Shown here one piece after another: positions 8,178 through 17,688 of a DNA stretch of 64,000 nt. A program made the position numbers and the translations under genes. Numbering within the stretch: the stretch's first letter is position 1; every line of letters begins with the position of its first letter. A model generated the notes under the pieces. It searched no databases. It was given only the letters and a program-made list of their open reading frames with translations, and was not told the DNA's origin. This stretch comes from a virus (Duplodnaviria > Caudoviricetes), in IMG/VR virus record IMGVR_UViG_3300022666_000141, positions 1,367-65,366 of that record; one strand, written 5' to 3'.

Positions 8178-11100
8178 TAACCCATCCTCCTAGCTGGCGA
8201 ATTATCAGATATTAAGCTTCCCATAGCACTTGCCACTGACTCTCTGTTCTGCATCAAGTAAGCGTGGAAACTTTGTGCGTCAAGGGCATGAACATTCCAA
8301 TGGTGAACGTGAGTAACCTTGTTTTTATCTTTGGTGTTACCCCTATCAGTTTTAACGCCAAGCTCACCTTTACTATTTCTAGATAATGGTAAGATTGCTT
8401 CAGGACCAGCTTCCCCCATGACACCGGCTCCAGATGCGAAGGCAAAGAACGTTGGTTTGGTAACAACGCTATTTGAATGAGCGGAAAGACTTGGACTATC
8501 GAATGTTCCACCCTTCCTCCAACCACTCATCAATCCACCGGCTATGCCACCCCAATTATTAACGTCAACCCCACTAGTCCCACCATAGTAGGAACTGATA
8601 CCACCTATAATTCCAGATATCACCGATCCCCATCCACTCCCACCCCCACCACTCCAACTATCTTTTCCCATCAACGAAGCCATAGTCATCTGAGCCATGA
8701 TATCTGCTATGATTTTCAGAACGGCCTGTCCAAACTGTGTAAACACATCCATCAAGCTATCTATCTTGCCTTGTAACAGTGCCCCGAATGCACTCGATAA
8801 TGCGTTCTCAGCAGCACTCATATAATCATTCAACGTCTTAGCACCGAGCTGGTACAGGGACAAGATCTTTTCTTGTTGGATTTTAACTGCATCAGAAAAA
8901 CCTTGCCCGAATGTTCCTCGAAGCTCCCTGACTATTCTGATCTGTTCCTGCAAACTGTTGTTAGTCTGTTGTATCTGGGAAGTAAGAGCCAAGTATGTCC
9001 GCATTCCTTCTGATGAACTTGTTTCTTGAGCAGCTCGTCTGGTTTCAAGAATAGCGAGTTCCTGAGCATATATATCTTGGCGTTTCTGCGCGGCATCTGC
9101 GTTAGAAATAGAATATGTTGTTTCAAGGGCTGAGATTTTTTGTAATTCAATCTCATACGCACTCAACTTATTAGTCATTGCTTCATCAAGGTCTTGTTGT
9201 CGTGCCTTAGCAATGGCGATCTTGTCCAGCATCTCAAGTTCTGCTTGTAATGCCTGGGCCTTGGTGTCTCCTCCGGACGCAGCAGAAACAACACTCATAC
9301 GTTCTGCACTTTTCTTGTCCTGCTCCACCTTCAGTTTTGCTGCTTCTTCATACTTTCCTTTGTACTCCAATATCTGAGCCGCAACGTCCGTGTAAGACTT
9401 TGCAAGCTCTTCATTCGACTTACGTATTTCATTATCATATTCGATCTTCTTCTGTGCCAACTGTGATTCAAGTTCGTTTATCTTGGCGAGGTCCTGTTCT
9501 ACCTTTGCGCGTTCTTGGAATGTTCCAGCGACCATACCCTTCTTACCAGACAATTTCTTAACTACGGCTTCACGTTCCACCATGCGAGCCTTGACTTGCT
9601 CAAGTTCTTTCTGTGTTCCAGCAGTTTCAAGTGCATATTTCTGATCAAGGTATGCTTTCGTGGATACCAGACCTTGTTCTTTTTGAGTATTAAGTAACGC
9701 CATTCTTACTGCATTAGCATTTCTAAGAATAGTAAGCTCTTTCTCCTGTGCCGCTTGGAGATAAGTCAATCGAGCATCTGCGTCAGTCTTTTCCGAACCA
9801 CCCTTGCCTTTCTTATCCTTTCCATCACCACCAGAACTCTTAATCTTAGGAGTTTTTGCCTCTACCTTAGATTTTCGAGGCCCAGCCATCTGTTCATCAG
9901 TCTGTTCAAAAAACATCTGACCATAAACGTCATCAATCTTCTTTACTTGTTCACGTCCTTCTTTCCAGGCCCCTGAAATATTTCCCCAAGTCTTCTTTAC
10001 ATTATCAACCATGCCCCCAAAGTCACCAGAAAACACACTCTTCAGATGGGTACCATAACCACTGGCCGCTTCCTTAACCATATTGAAACCTGTGATACAA
10101 TATTGAAACAACTGATGTAATGATGAAGCAAGAGCCACTCCAAACAATCGAATAGTCTCGAATTTCTCAGCAAGGACTTTTCCAATCTGCCATCCAGCAA
10201 AGAATGCAATCAATATCGACCCAGCTATCTTAACCTTGCCCAACGCATTGGCGGCAGCAAAACAAGCTGTAACAGTCTCGGTGCCCATAACTAAAGCATA
10301 CGTTCTGGCAATGAGTGTCGCCCCAACCATTTCTTTTGACGCAAGAGCCATCTGTATTTGATACCTAGCCAAAGCAATACTAGCTGCTGTATATACAGCA
10401 GGAGCCACCTTAAACACCAAAAAATATGCAATAGCAACCTTGGTGGCAGCAGCGATTATAGACGCACTCGTCTTAATCGCATTGGCTATTTGTTCACTGT
10501 TATTCTTGATGAAATCTACGAATTCACGTCCTTTCTCTGTTGCTTCTTTATATACATCTGCAAACACATTTCTCTTCAACTGCGTCATTGCAGTATCCCA
10601 CGACGATTTGACCGATTCCCATGAATTGGCGATATCAGGAGCCGCAGCTTTGACACCAGCAAGATATGGCTCAATTCGTGCCCAGAAATCACCGTGCTCT
10701 TTTCCAAGTTTTATGATATCTTTCAGACCATTCTTGTAATCCCCAGAAGACTTAGCCATCTGATCTATCTGCTGGGCCACTATCGCGCCCTGACGAGCTT
10801 CACCAGTCATCAAAGCTCGCATTTCTTGTCTGATCTGCATTCCTTGATTCTGTCCTTGAGTATACATAGCAACCATGTTGGACAAGGCTGCGAATGACTC
10901 CATCTCTTTCTTGTTATTGGTGTCAATGACCTGTCCCTGCATGATCATCGTCTCTGCCATCGCTTGCAAACCTTCTGCGTTGGCGAAGGAAATATCGTCA
11001 ATCTTCCTCAACTCTTCAGCCAAACCAACAGCATATTTCTTCGCTTCAGCGTATTTCTGAGCGATGTTATCTGGACCCTGCATCGTCGAAATCATCGAAG

Positions 11101-11350
11101 CCATCTTGATGGTAGAAAGATTCAAATTATCAATAGCTTCTATCCCAGCATTCACTTGACGAATGATATAATCAGCAGAAAAAGCAACCCCAAGGAGACC
11201 GAGTGCGGACCTTGCTACATTGGCCGCACCGGTCAACTTGGAATTAATACTGCCAGCAAGATCATTGATTATGCGTTCCGAATCTTTCGACCCGGACTTG
11301 AGCATGGAGTTATCTAAACCTATTTGTGCCCATAGGGTTCCGATATTCAT
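8177..11350 (-). CDS. Tape measure protein (1057 aa)
   Basis: Long Ala/Gly-rich helical protein after the chaperone genes; N-terminal IGTLWAQIGLD; C-terminal FASGAGVMGEAGPEAILPL. Confidence 0.92.
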   Translation of the reverse strand: MNIGTLWAQIGLDNSMLKSGSKDSERIINDLAGSINSKLTGAANVARSALGLLGVAFSADYIIRQVNAGIEAIDNLNLSTIKMASMISTMQGPDNIAQKYAEAKKYAVGLAEELRKIDDISFANAEGLQAMAETMIMQGQVIDTNNKKEMESFAALSNMVAMYTQGQNQGMQIRQEMRALMTGEARQGAIVAQQIDQMAKSSGDYKNGLKDIIKLGKEHGDFWARIEPYLAGVKAAAPDIANSWESVKSSWDTAMTQLKRNVFADVYKEATEKGREFVDFIKNNSEQIANAIKTSASIIAAATKVAIAYFLVFKVAPAVYTAASIALARYQIQMALASKEMVGATLIARTYALVMGTETVTACFAAANALGKVKIAGSILIAFFAGWQIGKVLAEKFETIRLFGVALASSLHQLFQYCITGFNMVKEAASGYGTHLKSVFSGDFGGMVDNVKKTWGNISGAWKEGREQVKKIDDVYGQMFFEQTDEQMAGPRKSKVEAKTPKIKSSGGDGKDKKGKGGSEKTDADARLTYLQAAQEKELTILRNANAVRMALLNTQKEQGLVSTKAYLDQKYALETAGTQKELEQVKARMVEREAVVKKLSGKKGMVAGTFQERAKVEQDLAKINELESQLAQKKIEYDNEIRKSNEELAKSYTDVAAQILEYKGKYEEAAKLKVEQDKKSAERMSVVSAASGGDTKAQALQAELEMLDKIAIAKARQQDLDEAMTNKLSAYEIELQKISALETTYSISNADAAQKRQDIYAQELAILETRRAAQETSSSEGMRTYLALTSQIQQTNNSLQEQIRIVRELRGTFGQGFSDAVKIQQEKILSLYQLGAKTLNDYMSAAENALSSAFGALLQGKIDSLMDVFTQFGQAVLKIIADIMAQMTMASLMGKDSWSGGGGSGWGSVISGIIGGISSYYGGTSGVDVNNWGGIAGGLMSGWRKGGTFDSPSLSAHSNSVVTKPTFFAFASGAGVMGEAGPEAILPLSRNSKGELGVKTDRGNTKDKNKVTHVHHWNVHALDAQSFHAYLMQNRESVASAMGSLISDNSPARRMG

Positions 11351-11626
11351 TCAACGCTCCTTCTTCTTGATCTTTCTGGCACCTAACGCACGTGCAATCA
11401 TCTGCACCTTGTCCAACATAGAAACGCTAGAATTTATTTCTTTCATCTTGAATTCCGGAACAAAATCATTCGGGGTATACGCATCCGTCTTCTTGGATCT
11501 GTTGACATTCGCTACCGTACTAGCAACAATCCCAGCTCGAATATCTTCTCTCCACGGACCGAACGGTTCTACCCGGTCATACGCAATCCATTCCAAGAAT
11601 AGACGGGATGACATGTTCGCCAACAT
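11351..11626 (-). CDS. Tail assembly chaperone, gpT-like frame (reached by -1 frameshift)
   Basis: The -1 frame is open from the slippery site: KKLRDRPERKFAFKLALAVG...MSSRLFLEWIAY..EPFG. Confidence 0.75.
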   Translation of the reverse strand: MLANMSSRLFLEWIAYDRVEPFGPWREDIRAGIVASTVANVNRSKKTDAYTPNDFVPEFKMKEINSSVSMLDKVQMIARALGARKIKKKER

Positions 11627-11658
11627 CCCGTCTACATCCCATGTACCAACCGCCAGAG

Positions 11659-12063
11659 CTAGTTTGAAGGCGAATTTTCGCTCTGGTCGGTCACGAAGTT
11701 TTTTTCCAGGAACTCAACTCCCCCACCGTTGAGTTTGGTGTCTGCAGCAAGTACACGTTGAAGGGCTTTCGAGCTTTTCTTGGCAAGGTCCGGGATATCA
11801 CCCGGTGTGAACAGAAGATTCCCCTCGTCGTCGCACATACAGAAAGCCGCTCTCTTCGCCCGGTAATTGGTCATATCCATGATTGGCTTGCCGGGGTTAC
11901 TGGCGTCCATGATCGTCTTGTCGAACTCGTCCTGTTGCTTGGCGGTCAGAGCTTTTACCATTACGTAGGCTTCAGGATCCCCATCAGCCCACTCAGGAAC
12001 GAAAACCTTCTCCATCAGGATATCATTCGTAGCCAAAATCTTTTCTTTTGTTAAGCACCCCAT
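11659..12063 (-). CDS. Tail assembly chaperone, gpG-like
   Basis: Lies between the tail tube and tape measure; VFVPEW..VMVKALTA motif; start set at MGCLTK after GGAGG. Confidence 0.8.
   Translation of the reverse strand: MGCLTKEKILATNDILMEKVFVPEWADGDPEAYVMVKALTAKQQDEFDKTIMDASNPGKPIMDMTNYRAKRAAFCMCDDEGNLLFTPGDIPDLAKKSSKALQRVLAADTKLNGGGVEFLEKNFVTDQSENSPSN
11698..11704 (-). other. -1 ribosomal frameshift slippery heptamer A AAA AAC
   Basis: Minus strand reads GAA AAA AAC (an X XXY YYZ heptamer) near the end of the gpG-like ORF; the -1 frame joins the 11351-11626 ORF without a stop. Confidence 0.8.
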
Positions 12064-12090
12064 GATAACACCCTCCATAGTGTTGAAGTT

Positions 12091-12115
12091 TGGAGGGGCC
12101 GTCAAGACCCCTCCA
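12091..12115 (-). terminator. Stem-loop after the tail tube gene
   Basis: TGGAGGGG-9nt-CCCCTCCA inverted repeat; no clear U-tract, so it may attenuate transcription or stabilise the RNA. Confidence 0.45.
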
Positions 12116-12121
12116 TTGTTG

Positions 12122-12535
12122 TTACGTCGACAGCGTTACTTCGCCAGAAATCTTGATGGTGCAGCTTGCGGTGACCTTGTCGTCGGTGGGAATCTTCAGT
12201 CCCAGTGCCGTAACAAGACCGGTGAATGCAAGCTCTGTGCTTCCCGCATCGGGGAGAACGATCTTGTAGTCCCTCGGATCAGAACTCTCGAAATCGAGCT
12301 TCAGATCGTCGTACCCGTCAATGGTGAAGTTCATTTCCAGCTGAAGTTCACCACCATCACGGAAACCACCGATGAACGTTCTGTAACCACCCTCAGTATC
12401 CAGGGCCGTTGTGTCAATGGTATTCCGGCTCATGTTCGGACCGGAAATATCATTGATCTCACCGATAGCGGTGAACGTTGGACTCGATGCCATGTTCGAC
12501 CGCTGCAGTTCTGCTCCAACTCCTGCAATAGCCAT
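12122..12535 (-). CDS. Major tail (tube) protein
   Basis: FTAIGEINDISGPNMSRNTIDTT.LD...RTFIGG.RDGGEL; lambda-gpV/Phage_tail_2 pattern. Confidence 0.88.
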   Translation of the reverse strand: MAIAGVGAELQRSNMASSPTFTAIGEINDISGPNMSRNTIDTTALDTEGGYRTFIGGFRDGGELQLEMNFTIDGYDDLKLDFESSDPRDYKIVLPDAGSTELAFTGLVTALGLKIPTDDKVTASCTIKISGEVTLST

Positions 12536-12550
12536 GATTTACACCTCCTT

Positions 12551-12940
12551 TTACGATGTTTTCGACCTGTGTATTCTCAGGTTCACAGTGAACAACCACC
12601 TGTTGCTGTCGTCTTTCCCGATACAATTCGGACCGTTCTGCACCCAAATAGCCAAATATCGATAAGACCCAACAACTTCTTCATACAACCCATTCAAAGC
12701 GTCAAATATTTCCTGCGCTAGATCAAAACCCTCCTCGTATGACTTGTTTCGAACCATAACTTGAACAGTTGGCCTCTCAAAACTATAATTCGGAGCCGGC
12801 TCGTACCCACCAGTATCAAAACAAGTTATGATATCATCGGGGCTTGGTGGCATTCCGCCAACAAATAAATCGGTTGCAAACGTCCCCAAAGAAATGGACG
12901 ATGTTTCCAACAAACTTGCTATGTCACGTGCCACACTCAT
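12551..12940 (-). CDS. Tail terminator / minor capsid-type neck protein
   Basis: FDTGG..P...ERPTVQVMVR, DDSNRWLFTVN; position in the neck cluster. Confidence 0.7.
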   Translation of the reverse strand: MSVARDIASLLETSSISLGTFATDLFVGGMPPSPDDIITCFDTGGYEPAPNYSFERPTVQVMVRNKSYEEGFDLAQEIFDALNGLYEEVVGSYRYLAIWVQNGPNCIGKDDSNRWLFTVNLRIHRSKTS

Positions 12941-12949
12941 AACCAGCTC

Positions 12950-13363
12950 CTAATCCAACTTGGTCTTTCTTGCAATGATAGCGAGTATCCTTTTTTCGTT
13001 TTCCTTCAATGGGTCCTCAAGGAACTTCGCCTTCGCTGTAGACTTGGCACCCTTCTTTCTTGCCTTGGATTGAGCTGAAGGTCTCGGGACTGTGAAATTC
13101 GCTCCTGTCATTTCATGTACGAATGGAGCATATGATGCTGTCAACCCCAATTCTGCAACGACACCATCAGGGTGTCTGAATATAGTAGGACCGTACCAAC
13201 TATTAACAAGGTTCGCTGTATCAACTGGGGTTTGCTTCTGCCCTTCCCTGCGAACAAGAGCCCCAGCTTCTATCAGCCCAGCTTGTCCATTAATACTGAT
13301 ACCGTTAATCGCCTTGTTCAGGTTGGCCAGGACTTTGTCCAGTCCGCTTATTCCTTTCTTCAT
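12950..13363 (-). CDS. HK97 gp10-like tail completion protein
   Basis: TPVDTANL..S, YAPFVHE, AKFLEDP motifs. Confidence 0.8.
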   Translation of the reverse strand: MKKGISGLDKVLANLNKAINGISINGQAGLIEAGALVRREGQKQTPVDTANLVNSWYGPTIFRHPDGVVAELGLTASYAPFVHEMTGANFTVPRPSAQSKARKKGAKSTAKAKFLEDPLKENEKRILAIIARKTKLD

Positions 13364-13701
13364 AACAACACCTTCCTGAATGTGAAGGTTCCTGACAAAT
13401 TCTGCGACGAATTGACGGAACGAATTTCTTTAGCACCTGCAACAGACCTCGGATCACCCTCATTGGCTGACGATAACGTGGCCAGAGTTCCAAGATATAC
13501 ATACCCGCCAAGAACCAATTCCGAAGCCGGGTATACCACCGAGGAAGAAGTATGTTCACTTCCGTCCCTCGATACGAAACGCTCTTGCTTATCCTCCCAT
13601 CGGACAGACACTTCAACAGGTTCCGCAAAGATTGGTTCACCATATCCGTTCACTCCAGTCAAGGCCCAATAAACGGCCGTTTGATTTCTTCGAATTTTCA
13701 T
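13360..13701 (-). CDS. Head closure/stopper protein
   Basis: QTAVYWA..GVNGYGEP.F..PVEVSVRWE; neck synteny. Confidence 0.7.
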   Translation of the reverse strand: MKIRRNQTAVYWALTGVNGYGEPIFAEPVEVSVRWEDKQERFVSRDGSEHTSSSVVYPASELVLGGYVYLGTLATLSSANEGDPRSVAGAKEIRSVNSSQNLSGTFTFRKVLL

Positions 13702-14075
13702 AAGATGTACCTTGGCGTTATCTGCGTTCTGAGCGTTTCGATGGTTGCTTTCGGTTTCTCAAGATTCGCCAGAAGGCCCGTGGTGTCCAACATTTTGACA
13801 TGTTGACCATATGTGGTGGCGTCAAGTCCTTTTCCACCGGCAGATGCTGTCTGATATGTATTGGACGCATCGCCCACACTCTCGTTCGTCAGTCTTGGAT
13901 CCATCGTACAAGCAAGGTGGGCTGACAGATAGAGTTCGATCTGCTTCAACCTTGCATCTGACAAACCTTGATCAGCCAACGTCTCATCCACAATCAAAGA
14001 CGCTGTTGCAATGAATGGCGTAGTCTCGATGGTAGTATCAAGAATCTTTTTTACCTCGTTATCAGTAACTCTCAT
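13698..14075 (-). CDS. Head-tail adaptor (DUF4054-like)
   Basis: IELYLSAH, SVGDASNTY, TTYGQ..MLD motifs. Confidence 0.7.
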   Translation of the reverse strand: MRVTDNEVKKILDTTIETTPFIATASLIVDETLADQGLSDARLKQIELYLSAHLACTMDPRLTNESVGDASNTYQTASAGGKGLDATTYGQHVKMLDTTGLLANLEKPKATIETLRTQITPRYIL

Positions 14076-14076
14076 G

Positions 14077-14349
14077 TTATACCACCTTTATAGCAAGAGT
14101 CTTGGAGTACACTGCTTCATCAGACGCTGTAATCGACACAGTGATTTCATATGATCGACCAACAGTTCCACCTTGAAACCAGATATACACGATAGAATCA
14201 TCATTCTGCAATCTGGCTGGGCTGGTAATTCCGTCATCATCGGTAACTACAACAGAATCAATGATTTCTTCCTGAAGATCCTCGGTGAAATCTATGCCAA
14301 TGTAGTACTGTTCGGATTGTTTCTTCGGATCAGCTACAAAATCACTCAT
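14077..14349 (-). CDS. Small acidic virion protein, fibre/collar adaptor-like (Gp77-like)
   Basis: K..EQYYIGIDF...WFQGGTVGRSYEITVSI pattern resembles phage fibre-adaptor proteins. Confidence 0.5.
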   Translation of the reverse strand: MSDFVADPKKQSEQYYIGIDFTEDLQEEIIDSVVVTDDDGITSPARLQNDDSIVYIWFQGGTVGRSYEITVSITASDEAVYSKTLAIKVV

Positions 14350-14361
14350 ATCGAACCTCAC

Positions 14362-16539
14362 TTATCTTGGCATGGATTCAAACAACCATGTTTTTGGTGG
14401 AACCTCAAACATCCTTGTCCTATGCGGAACTTCAAATATCTGTCTCGGATGACAATCAACAATTCCAGTAGATGCACTAGGACTGCGACTTGGTGATGCA
14501 CTTGGTGACCTACTTGGGCTCGAACTTGGTGATGCGCTCGGGGAGCCACTTGGACTGGTTGACGGTGTCTCCGATGGTGAGCTGCTTGGTGTCTCGCTTG
14601 GGCTGCTCGAAACTGAACTGCTTGGTGAAGCAGACGGTGACGAACTTGGTGTTTCGCTTGGACTGCTGCTTACGCTACTACTCGGACTTCCAGAAGGGCT
14701 ACTTGATTCAGAGCTACTCGGACTGCTTGATTCTGATGCGCTTGGTGATGCGCTTGGACTGCTGCTAACACTACTACTTGGCGACCCGCTAGGCGAGCTA
14801 GAAGGAGTCTCAGATGGACTTGCGCTCGCTGAAGCTGAAGGACTTGCAGACGGACTGCTTGACACCGACGAGCTTGGCGATGCTGACTCGGAACTGCTTG
14901 GTGACTCACTTGGCGACCCGCTAGGACTTGTACTTGCACTTCCACTTGGACTAGCAGAAGGTGTCTCGCTTGGTGATGCACTTGCTGAGCTTGAAGGACT
15001 AGCACTTGGTGACCCACTGGGAGAAGTGCTTGGGCTTCCACTCGGGGATGAACTTGCAGATGGACTACTACTTGGGCTTCCAGAGGGCGACCCACTCTCA
15101 GAAGCCGAAGGGCTGCTACTCACCGAAGAACTAGGAGAACCGCTCGGACTGCTTGAAGGTGACGAGGAAGGGGAAGAGCTTGGACTTCCCGATTCAGAAG
15201 CACTAGGCGAAGACGAGGGGCTTCCTGACGGTGTATTTGAAGGTGACGAACTCTCAGAAGGACTTGTAGACGGAGAGCTACTCGGACTACTTGAAACCGA
15301 CCCACTAGGTGAAGCCGATTCGCTTGATGACGGTGAAGAGCTTGGGCTCGCACTTTCTGAAGCCGATGGTGAACTGGACGGGCTTCCCGATGGTGAGCTA
15401 CTTACACTAGAACTTGGACTACTGCTAGGTGTGCTCGATTCGCTGGCAGAAGGCGAACTGGATTCTGAAGCCGAAGGGCTGCTTGATTCTGATGCTGATG
15501 GAGAAGATGATGGGCTACTTGATTCCGAAGCAGAAGGGCTGCTACTCGGACTTGAGCTTGGTGATGAACTTTCACTGGCAGACGGGGAACTGCTCGGGGA
15601 GCCCGAAGGCGAACTCGACACAGACGAGCTGGGAGAGGAACTCGTGCTGGACGATGGGCTCCCCGATGGTGATGAACTTGGACTTGAACTCTCACTCGGT
15701 GATGCTGAAGCAGACGCACTTGGGCTGGCGGACTCACTAGCCGAAGGACTACCGCTTTCTGAAGCAGATGGACTACTAATACCAGACGATGAAGGCGAAC
15801 TACTCGGACTCCCCTGTTCGGATGTCATCCCGCCCCATACTGGAATCGGCTCGAAAACTTGATAGGGATTATCGCTGATGCTTTTGATTTCGGCATCGGT
15901 CAATACTCTGTCGTAAACTCGCACGCAATGGGCTTCGCAATCAATTGGCGAATAGCTCCACTCATTGCCCCCATTGAATAGTGTCACATTGTAGGGAAGC
16001 CTTGTTCCTGAACCATCCCACTCAGTTGATAGGCTTGTGATGCGTTTGCCATCGTGATATAGTTTCGGAGCAGAAAGGCCATCCCAAGAGCCAGCCAATG
16101 ATTTAGCTGTGGTAAGAGCGTTTGCAGCCCTAGTCCACGGATAACCACTACTGGTAAATACTTGCATTTCGTATGAGCCATCATTTACCCAGAGAAATGG
16201 GCCACCACCACGGTAAAATCCTTGGTCACCACTGTTGAGCGAGCGGAAGTTGCCGCAGATAATCACGGTTCCCCGTTGTTCAATAATGTCTCCGGTATTT
16301 GTGACTATCCCATGCTGGCTGCCGCTCCCAGTGAACCTTATGCCATCTGGATGTCGCGGGCTACCTGCTTCATAAAGTGTTGCCCTACTGCCATCTACGG
16401 CATTAATAACTGCGCTGCCTGTTTCTTGGAAATCCCAACACCGGATAAGCCCCTGCGTACTCCAATGACCGTCACTTCTGAGCCTCGTTCCTGCTGGTGG
16501 CTTGCTCGTCCAATCAATTTTTATCGGTATCAGCGCCAT
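14362..16539 (-). CDS. LamG/ConA-like lectin domain + ~450-aa Ser-rich repeat stalk + short C-terminal tail
   Basis: LamG motifs WDFQE and LYHDG...VRVYDRVLTDAEI, then SxSx repeats and the C-terminus CHPRQIFEVPHRTRMFEVPPKTWLFE. Confidence 0.82.
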   Translation of the reverse strand: MALIPIKIDWTSKPPAGTRLRSDGHWSTQGLIRCWDFQETGSAVINAVDGSRATLYEAGSPRHPDGIRFTGSGSQHGIVTNTGDIIEQRGTVIICGNFRSLNSGDQGFYRGGGPFLWVNDGSYEMQVFTSSGYPWTRAANALTTAKSLAGSWDGLSAPKLYHDGKRITSLSTEWDGSGTRLPYNVTLFNGGNEWSYSPIDCEAHCVRVYDRVLTDAEIKSISDNPYQVFEPIPVWGGMTSEQGSPSSSPSSSGISSPSASESGSPSASESASPSASASASPSESSSPSSSPSGSPSSSTSSSPSSSVSSSPSGSPSSSPSASESSSPSSSPSSSPSASESSSPSSSPSASESSSPSASESSSPSASESSTPSSSPSSSVSSSPSGSPSSSPSASESASPSSSPSSSESASPSGSVSSSPSSSPSTSPSESSSPSNTPSGSPSSSPSASESGSPSSSPSSSPSSSPSGSPSSSVSSSPSASESGSPSGSPSSSPSASSSPSGSPSTSPSGSPSASPSSSASASPSETPSASPSGSASTSPSGSPSESPSSSESASPSSSVSSSPSASPSASASASPSETPSSSPSGSPSSSVSSSPSASPSASESSSPSSSESSSPSGSPSSSVSSSPSETPSSSPSASPSSSVSSSPSETPSSSPSETPSTSPSGSPSASPSSSPSRSPSASPSRSPSASTGIVDCHPRQIFEVPHRTRMFEVPPKTWLFESMPR
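14470..15812 (-). repeat. ~1.35-kb degenerate Ser-rich coding repeat (SPSS/SPSA/SESS tetrads)
   Basis: Ser occupies nearly every second residue over ~450 aa; the DNA units are not identical. Confidence 0.92.
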
Positions 16540-16548
16540 AATAACTCC

Positions 16549-16938
16549 CTATGCGCTTATCCCATTTTTCCTGACATAGGCGTTGACGGTAATGGTTTCC
16601 GATGCGGTTCCCAGCTTCCGACATTCAAGGCGGAAGGCGTAGCAGCCAGAGACGACGATGGACTTCTCGAAAGTCGTCGATGCCAGCCTGCCGATGGAGC
16701 CGGATACAAAAGCGATGTCATCGTAGACTTCGGTGGTATCGTCCAGTGTCGTTACAATGCGGAAGCCGAGGTCGTTGGCTGGAGTGGCTGGGAAGGCGGC
16801 AATGATTTGCACAGTTGCGCTCTCGCCAGGAAGCAGAGTGACTTTGCTCGATACGTTATCGAGATACGAGGCATCGCTATCGACGGTATCATCGACCGAC
16901 TGCCCACTCATAATTTGTGTTTTATTTCCCCAGGACAT
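16549..16938 (-). CDS. Hypothetical beta-rich protein, probably structural
   Basis: 129-aa ORF tightly packed between the glycosyltransferase gene and the Ser-rich gene. Confidence 0.6.
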   Translation of the reverse strand: MSWGNKTQIMSGQSVDDTVDSDASYLDNVSSKVTLLPGESATVQIIAAFPATPANDLGFRIVTTLDDTTEVYDDIAFVSGSIGRLASTTFEKSIVVSGCYAFRLECRKLGTASETITVNAYVRKNGISA

Positions 16939-17688
16939 TTATAGCTCCTTTCTGTATTCCTCCATTACGTTTACAAACTTGCCCCAAGGCTCAAGCTCAT
17001 ACCTTCTATTCTTGCCACGCCTTGGGCCGGTGAAATTGCTTCCGTGTCGAATGTCGAGGTTTGGTTGTTCTGTTCTGAACGTGGAACAAGTAAACCTCGC
17101 CAAATGCTTTTCAAGGTAAGGCTGCAAATATTTACATTCACCACTGACTGCAATACGAGCAGCTTCGACTACTTCAGGTGGAAACGCACCAGGCTCACCC
17201 AGTCGTTTCAATATCCTGAGCCCACCCTCAAGGAAGAACATCCTGTCTTCAATGGACTCTATCAAGAGTTTCCTATCACAAACCAATTGGGATAATGCCT
17301 TCCTGCCATCATTCCAGTAGGAGTACATCCCGTTCAGCTCTGGATGATTGCCTCCCCACTGAACAAACCAACAATTGGTGTTGTACCAGAAGGTCGTATT
17401 ATCTGGAGGAGTCCAAGCAACGTGCTCTTTTGTGTACATCACGTCATGTTCAGCAATCATGACGAATTCGGTTGTTGCTTGTTTCAAACCTTCAAGTTGC
17501 TGAACGTAAATGTTGTACCAATTCCTTCCAATATCACCAACATTTATGTTATGGCCAAAATCTAATGGCTTCTGGCTAACAGATATTATGGAACAATCGC
17601 CTGAAACTCTGCGAAGCTGATCCCTACAAACCTTCGCTATCGATTCTTCAAGCCGACTGTCGGTTATGTAGATGATTGTCTTATTCAT
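16939..17688 (-). CDS. Glycosyltransferase-like (GT-A fold), paralogue A
   Basis: TIIYIT...GLKQATTEFVMIAEHDVMY, a DxD-like motif after a hydrophobic strand. Confidence 0.65.
   Translation of the reverse strand: MNKTIIYITDSRLEESIAKVCRDQLRRVSGDCSIISVSQKPLDFGHNINVGDIGRNWYNIYVQQLEGLKQATTEFVMIAEHDVMYTKEHVAWTPPDNTTFWYNTNCWFVQWGGNHPELNGMYSYWNDGRKALSQLVCDRKLLIESIEDRMFFLEGGLRILKRLGEPGAFPPEVVEAARIAVSGECKYLQPYLEKHLARFTCSTFRTEQPNLDIRHGSNFTGPRRGKNRRYELEPWGKFVNVMEEYRKEL

Noticed and set aside
12062-12721. 219-aa plus-strand ORF (and 16222-16944 +)
   Set aside because: Antisense shadows of GC-rich structural genes.
14470-15812. Possible CRISPR array
   Set aside because: The units are degenerate, in-frame coding repeats with no constant repeat/unique spacer structure, and no cas genes are present.
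15026-15862. 278-aa plus-strand ORF (LGLPEGD repeats) and other ORFs over the Ser repeat
   Set aside because: These are antisense or alternative-frame shadows of the low-complexity Ser codons, with no RBS and opposite to the operon direction.
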